Assembly (NCBI GenBank): GCA_963717505.1
Contig: OY970342.1
Coordinates: 864,001-928,000 of the forward strand
Direction: 5' to 3'
DNA from: Candidatus Eiseniibacteriota bacterium
GTDB taxonomy: Bacteria; Eisenbacteria; RBG-16-71-46
DNA: 64,000 nt
In this document: positions 1 through 9,089 of the stretch, in pieces
How positions within the stretch are numbered: the first letter of the stretch is position 1
Layout: each line of letters starts with the position of its first letter
The notes under the pieces: generated by a model
Told to the model about the DNA's origin: nothing
Seen by the model: the letters and a program-made list of their open reading frames with translations, nothing else
Database searches by the model: none
Program-made: the position numbers and the translations under genes

Positions 1-1
1 G

Positions 2-697
2 CTGTACCTGGCGCCGCAGCTCTCCTACCACCTGGACGACGTGTTGGGCTTGAGGCGCGAGCGCTACGCGGGCAAGCGCACGCTGGTGATCGGCGGCGGT
101 GCTTCGGCGGCGACGTTGGTCGGCGATCTGGCGAAGCTCGCCGATGAAGTCGCGGGCACGTCGGTCGTGTGGGTGACGCGCAAGCCGGCCGCCGAACTCT
201 ATCGCCTCGCCGACGACCCCCTGCCGGTGCGCCGCGCGCTCTATCAACGGGCGCGCGAGCTGGCGAACGGCGGGCATTCCGCCGTCGTCCACGCCGGAGG
301 CGCCCGGGTCGAGGGTTTCGAGTTCAATTCGGCGACGCACCGGTACCGCGTCACGCTCGAGATCGGCGACCAGCCGCGCGTCGAGGAAGTGGACCAGATC
401 CTGGTGGCGACCGGCCTCGGTCCCGACAATTCGATCTATCGAGAGCTGCAGGTGCACGAGTGTTATTCGTCGCGCGGCCCGATGAAGCTCGCGGCGGCCA
501 TTTCGGGATCGACGGACTGCCTGACCGCGCCGGTCGCCGGCGTCGACGTGCTCGCGAACCCCGAGCCCAACTTCTGGATCCTCGGGCACAAGAGCTACGG
601 GAGAAGCTCGCACTTCCTGCTCGAGACCGGGTACAAGCAGGTGACCGAGGTGATCGCCAAGTTGGCCGAGGATCTGAAGCTGGCCGTTCAGGCCTGA
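2..697 (+). CDS. FAD/NAD(P)-dependent oxidoreductase (flavoprotein monooxygenase-like), 5' partial
   Basis: Frame is open from the window edge. Rossmann motif VIGGGASA, ATG motif (ILVATGLGPD), C-terminal NPEPNFWILGHKSYGR..FLLETGY.QV. Confidence 0.75.
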   Translation: MYLAPQLSYHLDDVLGLRRERYAGKRTLVIGGGASAATLVGDLAKLADEVAGTSVVWVTRKPAAELYRLADDPLPVRRALYQRARELANGGHSAVVHAGGARVEGFEFNSATHRYRVTLEIGDQPRVEEVDQILVATGLGPDNSIYRELQVHECYSSRGPMKLAAAISGSTDCLTAPVAGVDVLANPEPNFWILGHKSYGRSSHFLLETGYKQVTEVIAKLAEDLKLAVQA

Positions 698-705
698 AAA
701 TGCGA

Positions 706-734
706 TTGCCGGGGCAGCCCGGTCGGTCTAATCT
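706..734 (+). promoter_or_regulatory. Putative sigma70 promoter
   Basis: TTGCCG-17 nt-TAATCT upstream of the 832 ORF, with AGGAG RBS before the ATG. Confidence 0.5.
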
Positions 735-831
735 CCTCCCACGCGTGCAGGAGTCCCGCGTCGGCGCAGCGTCGCCATCGGGTCGCCGCCCGCCACCTTG
801 CCCAAGGTGAGTGACCGGGTAGGAGTCTCCG

Positions 832-3084
832 ATGCGGTCCGTATTCTCGTTTCTGGCCGCGGCCTTTCTGGCTGCGGCGGCTTTGCCGGCGGTTGGCGGC
901 GAGGCCAGCGCCCAAACCGATCCTATGGTGGGCAGTTCCCTGCCCTTCGTATCCCAGGTCGAGATCGGGACCCGAACCGCGGCGAATCCGGTTGAGCAGC
1001 CGCTCTGCCCCACGGACAGCATTCACGTCCGGCTCTCAGGTGAGTTCCTAAACACGTGCTACGCCATCGACGGCGTCACGATCCTGGAAACCAATCCCCC
1101 GTCGTTGCTCGTTTCCATCGATGACGGCTGTTACTCGATTTGCGGCCAGCAACCCCGACCCTGGCGGGTCGACGTCGTTTTTCCGCCGCTGCCCTTCGGG
1201 ACCTACAGCCTCTCGGTCACCTATACGAAGAACCTGTGCCCCGACAGCTCGGGCGCTGACACGACGTTAGGTACGGTCCGCTACCCGTTCATGGTCGACG
1301 AGTGTTCCCTGCCGAGCCCCTTGCTCCCGTACGTGAATTCGGTCGCGATCGAGCCCAAGTCCGGCAACCTGTTGATCTGCCCGAGCGACAGCATTCGGGT
1401 GCGGCTCGCCGGCGTGTTCCCCGACCACTGCTACCGACTGGAAGGCATTGGCGTCGCCGAGTCGTTCCCGCCGTCCCTCAACGTCCTCGTGGCCGTTGCG
1501 TGCAGCACCTACTGCATCCAGTCGCTCAAGCCGTGGGACGCCGAGGTGATGCTGCCGCCGATGCCGGCTGGGAACTACGGCCTCGGCATCACGGTCTCGC
1601 GCAATGTCTGCCCCGACGGCTCACGTCCGGACACCGTGCTCGGCAGCGCCCGCTTCCCCTTCGCGGTGGTCGATTGCCCGTATCCGCGGCCGTGCTTCAT
1701 GGAAGGCTGGGTGCAGAACGGCATCTGTGACGCGACCGTCGGTCCCGGACGTCCCGCGACCGTGACGTTCACCGTCGCTCCCGAAGTTCCGCTGGCCGGG
1801 CTCCAGGGGGAGTTCTCGCTCTACCCCGAAGGCCTTCGAATCACGAAGCTCGAGGCGGTTGGACCCGCGGCCGGCATGCACGTGACCTGGAAGCCCAGGG
1901 GCTCGGGCGCCGAGTTCGTGATGTTCGCCGAGAACGGCGCGCCGATCCCGGGCTGCAGCATCGTGGGGGACTCGGCGGGCAACAGACCGTGTCCCGTGCC
2001 CGTGCTCGCGGTCACGCTCGAGCAGACCGGGACCCACGCGCCGCCGGTCACCCACGTCACCGCCAGCGCTCTGCTCGGCTCGGACGTCAACGGCACGGGA
2101 GTTCCTCGGTGTCCGATCCTGACCCTGGTGCCGATCGAGGCGCGGGTATGCTCCGCCGAAGGCGGCTGCGACATCAATGCCGACGCCCGGCTCGACATCC
2201 GCGACATCGTGCTGCTCGCGCACTGCCTCGAAGAGCCCGACACGACCCAACTCGACCTGCGCGTTTCATGCCCGCCGGACTGCAACCAGGACGGGGAGCG
2301 CAATCTCGACGACGTGCTGTGCTGTGCGCGGCAGATCCTGCTCGGCCCGCCGTGCGTGGATTGCCCTCCGGACACCTCGGCCCCGCACCCGGCGCCGCAT
2401 GTCCGTGTCGCCTTGGGTGAGATCGTGGTGCGAGACGCGGTGGTCACGCTGCCGTTCTGGGTCGAGGGACTCGGCGACATCGGCGGGGCGTTGCTGTCGT
2501 TCGACTATCCCGAGGATCGCTACCAGGCCGTTGTCCGTTTCGCGGGAGCGGGTTCAGGTTGGCTACGACTGCAGGAAACCGCGGGCGGCGAATCGCGGGT
2601 CGGGTTGATGCGCTTCAACGATGGAAAGGTGGGCCCCATGTCCCCACCCGATGTCTGGCCGGACATGGCGCTCGAGTTGACGCTCAAACCCGGACGCGAA
2701 CACGGTGGCCGGGTCGCCGTGAATCGTGCCGAGTTCAGCGGCCCCGCGGGCGAGCGGCTGGCCGCCAATACGGCCCTGCCCTCCGTATCCCTCGGGAGCG
2801 TCGCCTCGATCGAGCTCTCGGAGCCACGCCCGAATCCTTCGCTCAATGGCACGCGCATCTCGCTGACGCTTTCGGTCGCGGCCGACGCCGAAGTTCAGGT
2901 CTATGACCTGGGCGGACGCGCGGTGGCGACCATCCACCGGGGTCCATTGCCCGCGGGCGTTCTCGAGTTGTCGTGGAACGGGCGACGCGACGGAGGCGGC
3001 GGCTTGAACGCCGGCATCTACTTCCTGCGCGCGACGGCGGCCGGGGCGAGCGCCATGCGCAAGCTCGTCGTTCTGGGTCGCTGA
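832..3084 (+). CDS. Secreted Cys-rich protein: tandem duplicated N-terminal domain, dockerin-like and cohesin-like regions, C-terminal FlgD-Ig/T9SS-like domain
   Basis: Signal peptide. Two copies of CPxDSIxVRLxGxF...PPSL...PW...CPDxSxxDTxLGxxRxPF. EF-hand-like DINADARLDIRD and DCNQDGERNLDD. C-terminal PNP...YDLGGR...WNGR...GIYF. Confidence 0.75.
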   Translation: MRSVFSFLAAAFLAAAALPAVGGEASAQTDPMVGSSLPFVSQVEIGTRTAANPVEQPLCPTDSIHVRLSGEFLNTCYAIDGVTILETNPPSLLVSIDDGCYSICGQQPRPWRVDVVFPPLPFGTYSLSVTYTKNLCPDSSGADTTLGTVRYPFMVDECSLPSPLLPYVNSVAIEPKSGNLLICPSDSIRVRLAGVFPDHCYRLEGIGVAESFPPSLNVLVAVACSTYCIQSLKPWDAEVMLPPMPAGNYGLGITVSRNVCPDGSRPDTVLGSARFPFAVVDCPYPRPCFMEGWVQNGICDATVGPGRPATVTFTVAPEVPLAGLQGEFSLYPEGLRITKLEAVGPAAGMHVTWKPRGSGAEFVMFAENGAPIPGCSIVGDSAGNRPCPVPVLAVTLEQTGTHAPPVTHVTASALLGSDVNGTGVPRCPILTLVPIEARVCSAEGGCDINADARLDIRDIVLLAHCLEEPDTTQLDLRVSCPPDCNQDGERNLDDVLCCARQILLGPPCVDCPPDTSAPHPAPHVRVALGEIVVRDAVVTLPFWVEGLGDIGGALLSFDYPEDRYQAVVRFAGAGSGWLRLQETAGGESRVGLMRFNDGKVGPMSPPDVWPDMALELTLKPGREHGGRVAVNRAEFSGPAGERLAANTALPSVSLGSVASIELSEPRPNPSLNGTRISLTLSVAADAEVQVYDLGGRAVATIHRGPLPAGVLELSWNGRRDGGGGLNAGIYFLRATAAGASAMRKLVVLGR

Positions 3085-3092
3085 ACGAACAC

Positions 3093-4241
3093 ATGGTGCG
3101 ATCGACTCGCGGGATCGCGCGTGGCACCGCGCTGCGCGCGATCCTGCCGGTCGCACTGCTCGCAACGCTCGCCGCCGTCGCACTCGGCGGCTGCGAGAAG
3201 AAACCGACGCGAAGCACACCCGCGCCATCGCGCGCGTTCCGCCTGGCCATGGTGCCCTTCCCCGCCGAGCCCAACGTCGTCTCGTTCTACGAAGCCATGG
3301 ATTTCGTCGGTGAGCATGCCGACCTGGTCGTCCATCATTTCGATGACGGCGTGCCTTGGGACTCGGCCCTGGTCGGCCACGACCCGCCGCAATCCATTCG
3401 CGACGAGTTCGAGTATCGCCGCTACCGGGCGGCCCAACTCGGCATGCCGGTGCACGTCACGATCACCTGGCTCAGCACGTTTCGCGAGTCGCTGGCGACC
3501 GGACCGGGAGGTGCGCCACGCCCGCCGGCGATCGCCTCCGACGCCAACTTCGCGAATCCCGACGTCCGCCGGGCGCTCAAGTTCTGGTCGGCCTGGGTCG
3601 CGACCTACTTCGCGCCCGAGGCGTTCTCGCCCGGTATCGAGATCAACCTCTACGCTCGACACCAGCCCGCGGACTGGCCCAACCTGGTGTCGCTCTATCG
3701 CGAAGTTCGTGACACGCTGCAGTTGCTCAACACGCGGCTCAAGATCTTCCCGACCTGGCAGCTCGATGAATTGCACGCCCACAATCAATTCGGACTGCTC
3801 GCCGATCTCGACGGCAACCTGGATGTGGTTGGGCTCTCGCTCTATCCCGGCGGTTACGGGAAAACCCCGGCCACGATGCCCGTCGACTACTTTTCGCGGG
3901 TGCGCACATTCGTCAGCAGCAGCAAGCCCATGTGGGTCAGCGAAACCGGGTACGGCGACTCGGCGCTGGTCGCCCTCGGCGTCGAGGGCTCGGACGCGCT
4001 GCAGCGCGACTACATTTCGTGGCTGGTCGGGCAGGCAGAAACCCACGGCATCGAACAGCTCACCTGGTTCTTCCCGGCCGACGCCTGGGGCGTGATCGAG
4101 CTGGCGCCGCCGGCGGCGCGGGTCTGGCTCGAGTTCTTCGGCCCTATGGGGCTGCGCAAGCGCAACCTGGCGCGCAAGCCGGCACTGGATACGTGGGACC
4201 AACAATTGGCGAGACCTTATTCGGGGTCGCTGCCCCGTTGA
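3093..4241 (+). CDS. Lipoprotein, putative glycoside hydrolase (clan GH-A-like TIM barrel)
   Basis: Lipobox LGGC. Candidate catalytic Glu motifs GIEIN and VSETGY. C-terminal GLR....KPA...W. Confidence 0.6.
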   Translation: MVRSTRGIARGTALRAILPVALLATLAAVALGGCEKKPTRSTPAPSRAFRLAMVPFPAEPNVVSFYEAMDFVGEHADLVVHHFDDGVPWDSALVGHDPPQSIRDEFEYRRYRAAQLGMPVHVTITWLSTFRESLATGPGGAPRPPAIASDANFANPDVRRALKFWSAWVATYFAPEAFSPGIEINLYARHQPADWPNLVSLYREVRDTLQLLNTRLKIFPTWQLDELHAHNQFGLLADLDGNLDVVGLSLYPGGYGKTPATMPVDYFSRVRTFVSSSKPMWVSETGYGDSALVALGVEGSDALQRDYISWLVGQAETHGIEQLTWFFPADAWGVIELAPPAARVWLEFFGPMGLRKRNLARKPALDTWDQQLARPYSGSLPR

Positions 4242-4242
4242 C

Positions 4243-6693
4243 GTGACTCACGCCCTCGCCATTCCGATCCTGCTGGCCTCGCTCACCGGCGCGATCCCGG
4301 ATTCATCGAGCATGGCGCCGGACTCGACCGGAGCGATGCCGGTTTCGGTCGGGTCACTGCCGGACTCGAGCGCTGCCCGCCCCGACTCGGCGCGCGTGGT
4401 GCGCCAGTTCCCCGAGGTCGAAGTGCGTGCGTTGCTCCACGACTTTCGCTCGAGCCAGACCGTGCACCTGATTCCGCCGAGCGCCCTCCACTCGCTGCCG
4501 GTGGACGGCCTGGCCGACGTGCTCGAACTGCAACCGGGCGTCGTGGTGACCGGCGAGGAGCTGCATGTGCGCGGCGGACGCGCCGGCGAGACCGTGGTCT
4601 ACGTCGATGGGCTGCGCATCAACGAACCGCTGCGCAGCCGGTCGATGTCGGTGCCGCTGATCGGGCTGCGCAGTGCCGAGCTGATCAGCGGCGCCCCCGA
4701 AGCGCAATACGGCGGCGGACTCGCGGGCGTGCTCAACCTGCGCACCGCTGATCCCGCGGAGCGCCCGGAGTTCGAGTGGCGCTGGCAGACCGACGGCGGC
4801 CTCGACACGCGCTACGACCGGGTCGCTGCACGAGCCTCGACGCCCCTGCCGCGCGGTCTCGGCATGGTCGCTGCCGCCGACGTGACCTTTGACGACACCT
4901 GGCTGCCGGCGCTCGCCACGCAGACCCGGCACGACCTGGCCGGCTTGTCGGTGGGCTGGCGCGCGGACAATCACATGCTCGGCTCGCTCAAGATCGCGCC
5001 GGTCGGGCGCTCCGATGGGTTGAGCGCGGAGCTGTTCGCGGCCCGCCATGTGTATCAGCCATACAGTCCGAACTGGTCGGTCGACGGTTGGATCCTGGTG
5101 CCCGCGAACCTCAAGGTGACGCCGACCTACAGTCCGGTGCCGCTGCCCGGCTATCTGCGGTATATCGCCGCCGATCACCTGGCGATGACCGACGACCGCA
5201 GCGTGGCCTCACAGGTCAAGTACTCGATTCAGAGTCCGTCGTTCGTTGGGGGACTCGGCCTCGGCTGGCTCCACAACCGCACCTGGCATTCGATCCAGGG
5301 CCGCAAGACCGCGCACGATGCGATCGAGCGCCCGCGCTACGGCAGCCCGATCGACGTCGATGGCTTCTACGTCCTGTGGGGCGACGACCCGCTCTACCGC
5401 GAGAGCGGCAGCGACGTCTATTCGTTGCGGCTCGATGCCACGATCCCGAACACGCGCGGCTTCGTGGCCACCGGTTTCGGGATCAACTGCGAAGACGTGC
5501 AGCTCTACGAGCTGGACCACATGCCCCTGGCCCCGCGCTCGGCGGACGCTTCGGCGACGGTCCCACTCGACTCGGTGCGAACCTTCGACGTGCAGGCCCC
5601 GGGCTTCTACGGCTATCTTCAGACGCGCTGGAACTTCGAGGGCTTCGTGCTCAACGCCGGCCTGCGCGCGGAATACTTCGCCCCCGGCGAAGCCGCCACC
5701 GAGCAGACGTTGCCGGGCAGCGCGGACGGCCAATGGTCGTTCGGCCCGCGACTTGGCGTCGCCTACCCGATCTCGAACCGGGACGTGTTCTCGCTCGCGT
5801 ACGTTCGGATTCAGCAATCGCCCGGGCGCGATTTCCTCTACGACACGCGTACGGCGATCACCAATCGGCAACCACTCGGCAATCCCGCGATGGCGCCGGC
5901 GACGTCCATTTCGTACGAAGCATCGGTGAAACACGTGTTCGATCCGACCTGGGCGTTCCAGTCGTCGGTCTTCTATCGGGACGTGTACGGGCAGGTCGGG
6001 TCACTCGACCTCGAGGACCCCAATGGCCTCGTGAACCTACAGTACGTCGATGAAGATCAATGCCACTCGATCGGCTTCGAGCTGGGCTTCCATCACGCGA
6101 GCGGCGAGCGTGCGCGGTTCGATGCGGTCTACACCTGGATGCAGGCTTGGGGGAACGAGTCGCGGCCCGAAGGCGATCCCTATGGCCCCATCCGGTCGCC
6201 CAATACCCCGGCCCTGGGGACCCAGCCGTTGTCGTGGGACCGGCGGCATTCGATCGCGTTCAGCGGCAACTGGCGATGGCGGGAACGCTGGTCGCTGGGC
6301 TGGTCGACGGCGATCGGATCGCCGCTGCCGTGGACGCCCAAGCCCCGCCGCGAGCCGTTCACCGACTTGAGCCAGGTCAACAGCGAGCGGCTGGGATGGA
6401 CCGAGAACACGAACCTCTCGATTCAGTGGTCGCCGCGTCTGCTCGGACTCGCTTTCGGACTCGAGGTGCGCAATCTGTTCGGCGGCCAGTACCAGCGGGT
6501 GGCCACGGTCGACGGTTACCCGAATCCGACGATCAACACGACCTACGACGACTACGGCGCCTACCGCACTGAGACCGGGCAGTCGGGTGGCGGCTACTGG
6601 TCGACCATCAACGATCAGTGGGTCGCGGTGAACGATCCGCGGCTCTACACGCCGCCACGTATGGTCCGAGCCAGCGTCGGCGCCCGATGGTAG
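4243..6693 (+). CDS. TonB-dependent receptor
   Basis: Plug motif LQPGV....LHVRGGRAGE..YVDG, NAGLRAEYF, PRLG, terminal aromatic residue (ARW). Confidence 0.85.
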   Translation: MTHALAIPILLASLTGAIPDSSSMAPDSTGAMPVSVGSLPDSSAARPDSARVVRQFPEVEVRALLHDFRSSQTVHLIPPSALHSLPVDGLADVLELQPGVVVTGEELHVRGGRAGETVVYVDGLRINEPLRSRSMSVPLIGLRSAELISGAPEAQYGGGLAGVLNLRTADPAERPEFEWRWQTDGGLDTRYDRVAARASTPLPRGLGMVAAADVTFDDTWLPALATQTRHDLAGLSVGWRADNHMLGSLKIAPVGRSDGLSAELFAARHVYQPYSPNWSVDGWILVPANLKVTPTYSPVPLPGYLRYIAADHLAMTDDRSVASQVKYSIQSPSFVGGLGLGWLHNRTWHSIQGRKTAHDAIERPRYGSPIDVDGFYVLWGDDPLYRESGSDVYSLRLDATIPNTRGFVATGFGINCEDVQLYELDHMPLAPRSADASATVPLDSVRTFDVQAPGFYGYLQTRWNFEGFVLNAGLRAEYFAPGEAATEQTLPGSADGQWSFGPRLGVAYPISNRDVFSLAYVRIQQSPGRDFLYDTRTAITNRQPLGNPAMAPATSISYEASVKHVFDPTWAFQSSVFYRDVYGQVGSLDLEDPNGLVNLQYVDEDQCHSIGFELGFHHASGERARFDAVYTWMQAWGNESRPEGDPYGPIRSPNTPALGTQPLSWDRRHSIAFSGNWRWRERWSLGWSTAIGSPLPWTPKPRREPFTDLSQVNSERLGWTENTNLSIQWSPRLLGLAFGLEVRNLFGGQYQRVATVDGYPNPTINTTYDDYGAYRTETGQSGGGYWSTINDQWVAVNDPRLYTPPRMVRASVGARW

Positions 6694-6745
6694 GCTGAGC
6701 GCAATCCCGTTCCGTTCCACGAAGCTTTCGACCGCGGAGTGCCTC

Positions 6746-7312
6746 ATGCCCGACCGTCCGCTGTTCATTCCCGTGATCCTCGGCACGGTGCGCAAGGGGC
6801 GAAGGAGCGAGCAGGTCGCGAAGCTCATGGTCGACGAGGTCGCGAAGCGCCCCGGCGTCGAAACCGAGCTGATCGACATTGCGAAACTGCCCATCCAGGT
6901 CGACGACACCGGGACCGATGCGCCGATCCCGGGTTTCCGCGAGGCCATGGCACGCATGGACGGCCTAGTGATCGTGTCGCCCGAGTACAATCACGCCTTC
7001 TCGGGGCTGCTCAAGCACGTGCTCGACAGCGCGCTAAAGGAATACATCCACAAGGCCGTCGGCATCGTCGGAGTCTCCGCCGGTCCGTTCGGTGGCACGC
7101 GCGGCATCGAGAGCCTGCTGCACGTCGTGCGCGAGCTGGGATTGGTGAACATCTTCTGGGACGTGAACTTCGGCGCGGTGCACAAGCAGTTCGACGCCGG
7201 CGGCCGCCTGCTCGACGAAGCCTGGTTGCCACGAATCGACAAGTTCCTCAAGGAGCTGATCTGGATGTCGAAGGTCCTGCGTCACGGCCGGGAGCTGGTG
7301 GCGCTCGAGTAG
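6746..7312 (+). CDS. NADPH-dependent FMN reductase
   Basis: GTVRKGRRS, VSPEYNH...LLKHVLD, SAGPFGG. Confidence 0.9.
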   Translation: MPDRPLFIPVILGTVRKGRRSEQVAKLMVDEVAKRPGVETELIDIAKLPIQVDDTGTDAPIPGFREAMARMDGLVIVSPEYNHAFSGLLKHVLDSALKEYIHKAVGIVGVSAGPFGGTRGIESLLHVVRELGLVNIFWDVNFGAVHKQFDAGGRLLDEAWLPRIDKFLKELIWMSKVLRHGRELVALE

Positions 7313-7322
7313 GAGGATTTCG

Positions 7323-7505
7323 ATGAGAGGCAAGCCACCGATGAAGTGCCCCGGGTGCGGGCAACCGATGAATCTTCACGGCGAGAAGCCGATGGACCCG
7401 CGCGACGAGGTCGAGCTGCGAGCCGTGGATGCAGCCCTGGGCGTCCTCATCGCGGAAGCCCACACCTGCCCCGCCTGTGGCCGGAACGAGTCGCGCCTCG
7501 GATAG
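7323..7505 (+). CDS. Small zinc-ribbon protein (60 aa)
   Basis: AGGAGG RBS. CPGC ... CPAC motif pair. Confidence 0.6.
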   Translation: MRGKPPMKCPGCGQPMNLHGEKPMDPRDEVELRAVDAALGVLIAEAHTCPACGRNESRLG

Positions 7506-7599
7506 CCGACCGAGAACCCGCGGCCAGGCTGCGACTTCATCGGGTCCATGCTAGGGTGCCGGCCATGATTCGTGCGCGAACCAACCCCAGGGTTTCCGC

Positions 7600-8745
7600 A
7601 TGACCCGCACGCTCGACCGCCGTGCGTTCCTCGCGGGCGCCGGGCGCGCGGCCCTCGGCGCCGCCGCCCTCGCCCACCTCCCGTCGTGGGCGCACCAGGC
7701 CCTGGCCGCCGGACCGGCGGGCCTGATCGAGCGCAACGACTATCCCGAACACTGGGAAACCACGCTGGGCGCGCTCGACGGCAAGATCATCACGCCCAAC
7801 GACCTGTTCTTCGTGCGCAGCCACTTCCCGGTGCCGCGGCTGGAGACGCACACGCTCGAGGTCGCGGGACTGGTCGAGAATCCGCTCAACCTGACCGTGG
7901 CCGAAGTCGGCGCGCTGCCACGCACCGATCGCCAGCACGTGCTCGAATGCGCGGGCAACGGGCGCGGACTGATGAAGCTGGCGAACACCTCGGGCACCCA
8001 GTGGGGCTACGGCGCGGTCGGCAACGCCTCGTGGGGCGGAGTCCTGCTCTCGAGTCTGCTGCGCAACGCCAACGTCCTGTCCGACGCCAGGCACGTGTGG
8101 TTCGAGGGCGCCGACCGCTCGCCGCGTTCGTCGACGCCGACATTCACCCGTAGCCTGCCGATCGAGAAGGCGATGGCCGACGTCATTGTCTGCGACACGA
8201 TGAACGGTGCTCCGCTCCCGACGCTTCACGGCGGCCCCCTGCGTCTGGTCGTTCCCGGCTGGTACGGCATGGCGTGGACCAAGTGGCTCAACAAGATCAC
8301 GCTCGCCGCCGAGCCGGTGGTCAACCACTTCATGAATCCCGGCTATCGCTGGGTCGAGCCGGGCGGCGATCCGGCCTTGTCGCTACCGGTCGAAAACCTG
8401 CGTGTGAAGTCACTGATCACCACGCCGCTCGAGGGTGCGAAGGTGCCGGTCGGCAAGATCCGCGTGGACGGCTTCGCGTGGGCAGGGGCTTCAGGAGTGA
8501 AGCTGGTCGAGATCTCGTCCGACGGTGGCAAGACCTGGCAGCCCGCGGGCTTCGTCGGCGAGTACCAGGAGAACGCGTGGCGCCGATGGGCGACACAAGT
8601 GACGCGCGAGAAGGCGGGCAAAGTCAGCGTGTTGGCGCGCGCCACTGACAATGCCGGCAACGTCCAACCGGCCGAGCCCATGCTCAATACCGGGGGCTAC
8701 GGCAACAACGCGATCCACAAGGTGACCTTCAGTGTCACCGCGTAG
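7600..8745 (+). CDS. Tat-exported molybdopterin sulfite oxidase-family enzyme (SorA/SoxC-like)
   Basis: RRAFL Tat signal, FFVRSH, Mo-ligand LECAGNGR, HGGPLRLVVPGWYG, dimerization domain N.GGYGNN. Confidence 0.9.
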   Translation: MTRTLDRRAFLAGAGRAALGAAALAHLPSWAHQALAAGPAGLIERNDYPEHWETTLGALDGKIITPNDLFFVRSHFPVPRLETHTLEVAGLVENPLNLTVAEVGALPRTDRQHVLECAGNGRGLMKLANTSGTQWGYGAVGNASWGGVLLSSLLRNANVLSDARHVWFEGADRSPRSSTPTFTRSLPIEKAMADVIVCDTMNGAPLPTLHGGPLRLVVPGWYGMAWTKWLNKITLAAEPVVNHFMNPGYRWVEPGGDPALSLPVENLRVKSLITTPLEGAKVPVGKIRVDGFAWAGASGVKLVEISSDGGKTWQPAGFVGEYQENAWRRWATQVTREKAGKVSVLARATDNAGNVQPAEPMLNTGGYGNNAIHKVTFSVTA

Positions 8746-9070
8746 GCTCGCGGCCGCGGTCCTGGTGACCGGCGTCGTCATGCTCCTGGCGATCGCGAGT
8801 GTGGCTCCGCGGCTGTCGGCACAGAGTTCGGGACCGCCGCGGCAGCAGCCCTACCCCAAGGTGTTGCCGGCGGGAGACGGCGCAGAACTCGTGGGCGCGA
8901 ACTGCGTGCTATGTCACTCGACGATGCTCATCACCCAGCAACACAAGGATTCGACAGGTTGGGAGAAGAGCGTTCAGCTCATGGAGCGCTGGGGCGCGCG
9001 ACTGGTGCCCGACGAGCACGCGAAAGTCGTCGCCTACCTGGTGGCGAACTTCGGGCCGGTGAAGCGATAG
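8732..9070 (+). CDS. Monoheme cytochrome c (SorB-like)
   Basis: Signal peptide, CVLCH heme motif, overlaps the oxidase stop codon. Confidence 0.85.
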   Translation: MSPRRLAAAVLVTGVVMLLAIASVAPRLSAQSSGPPRQQPYPKVLPAGDGAELVGANCVLCHSTMLITQQHKDSTGWEKSVQLMERWGARLVPDEHAKVVAYLVANFGPVKR

Positions 9071-9089
9071 CGGCTCGCGTTTTCGGGGA

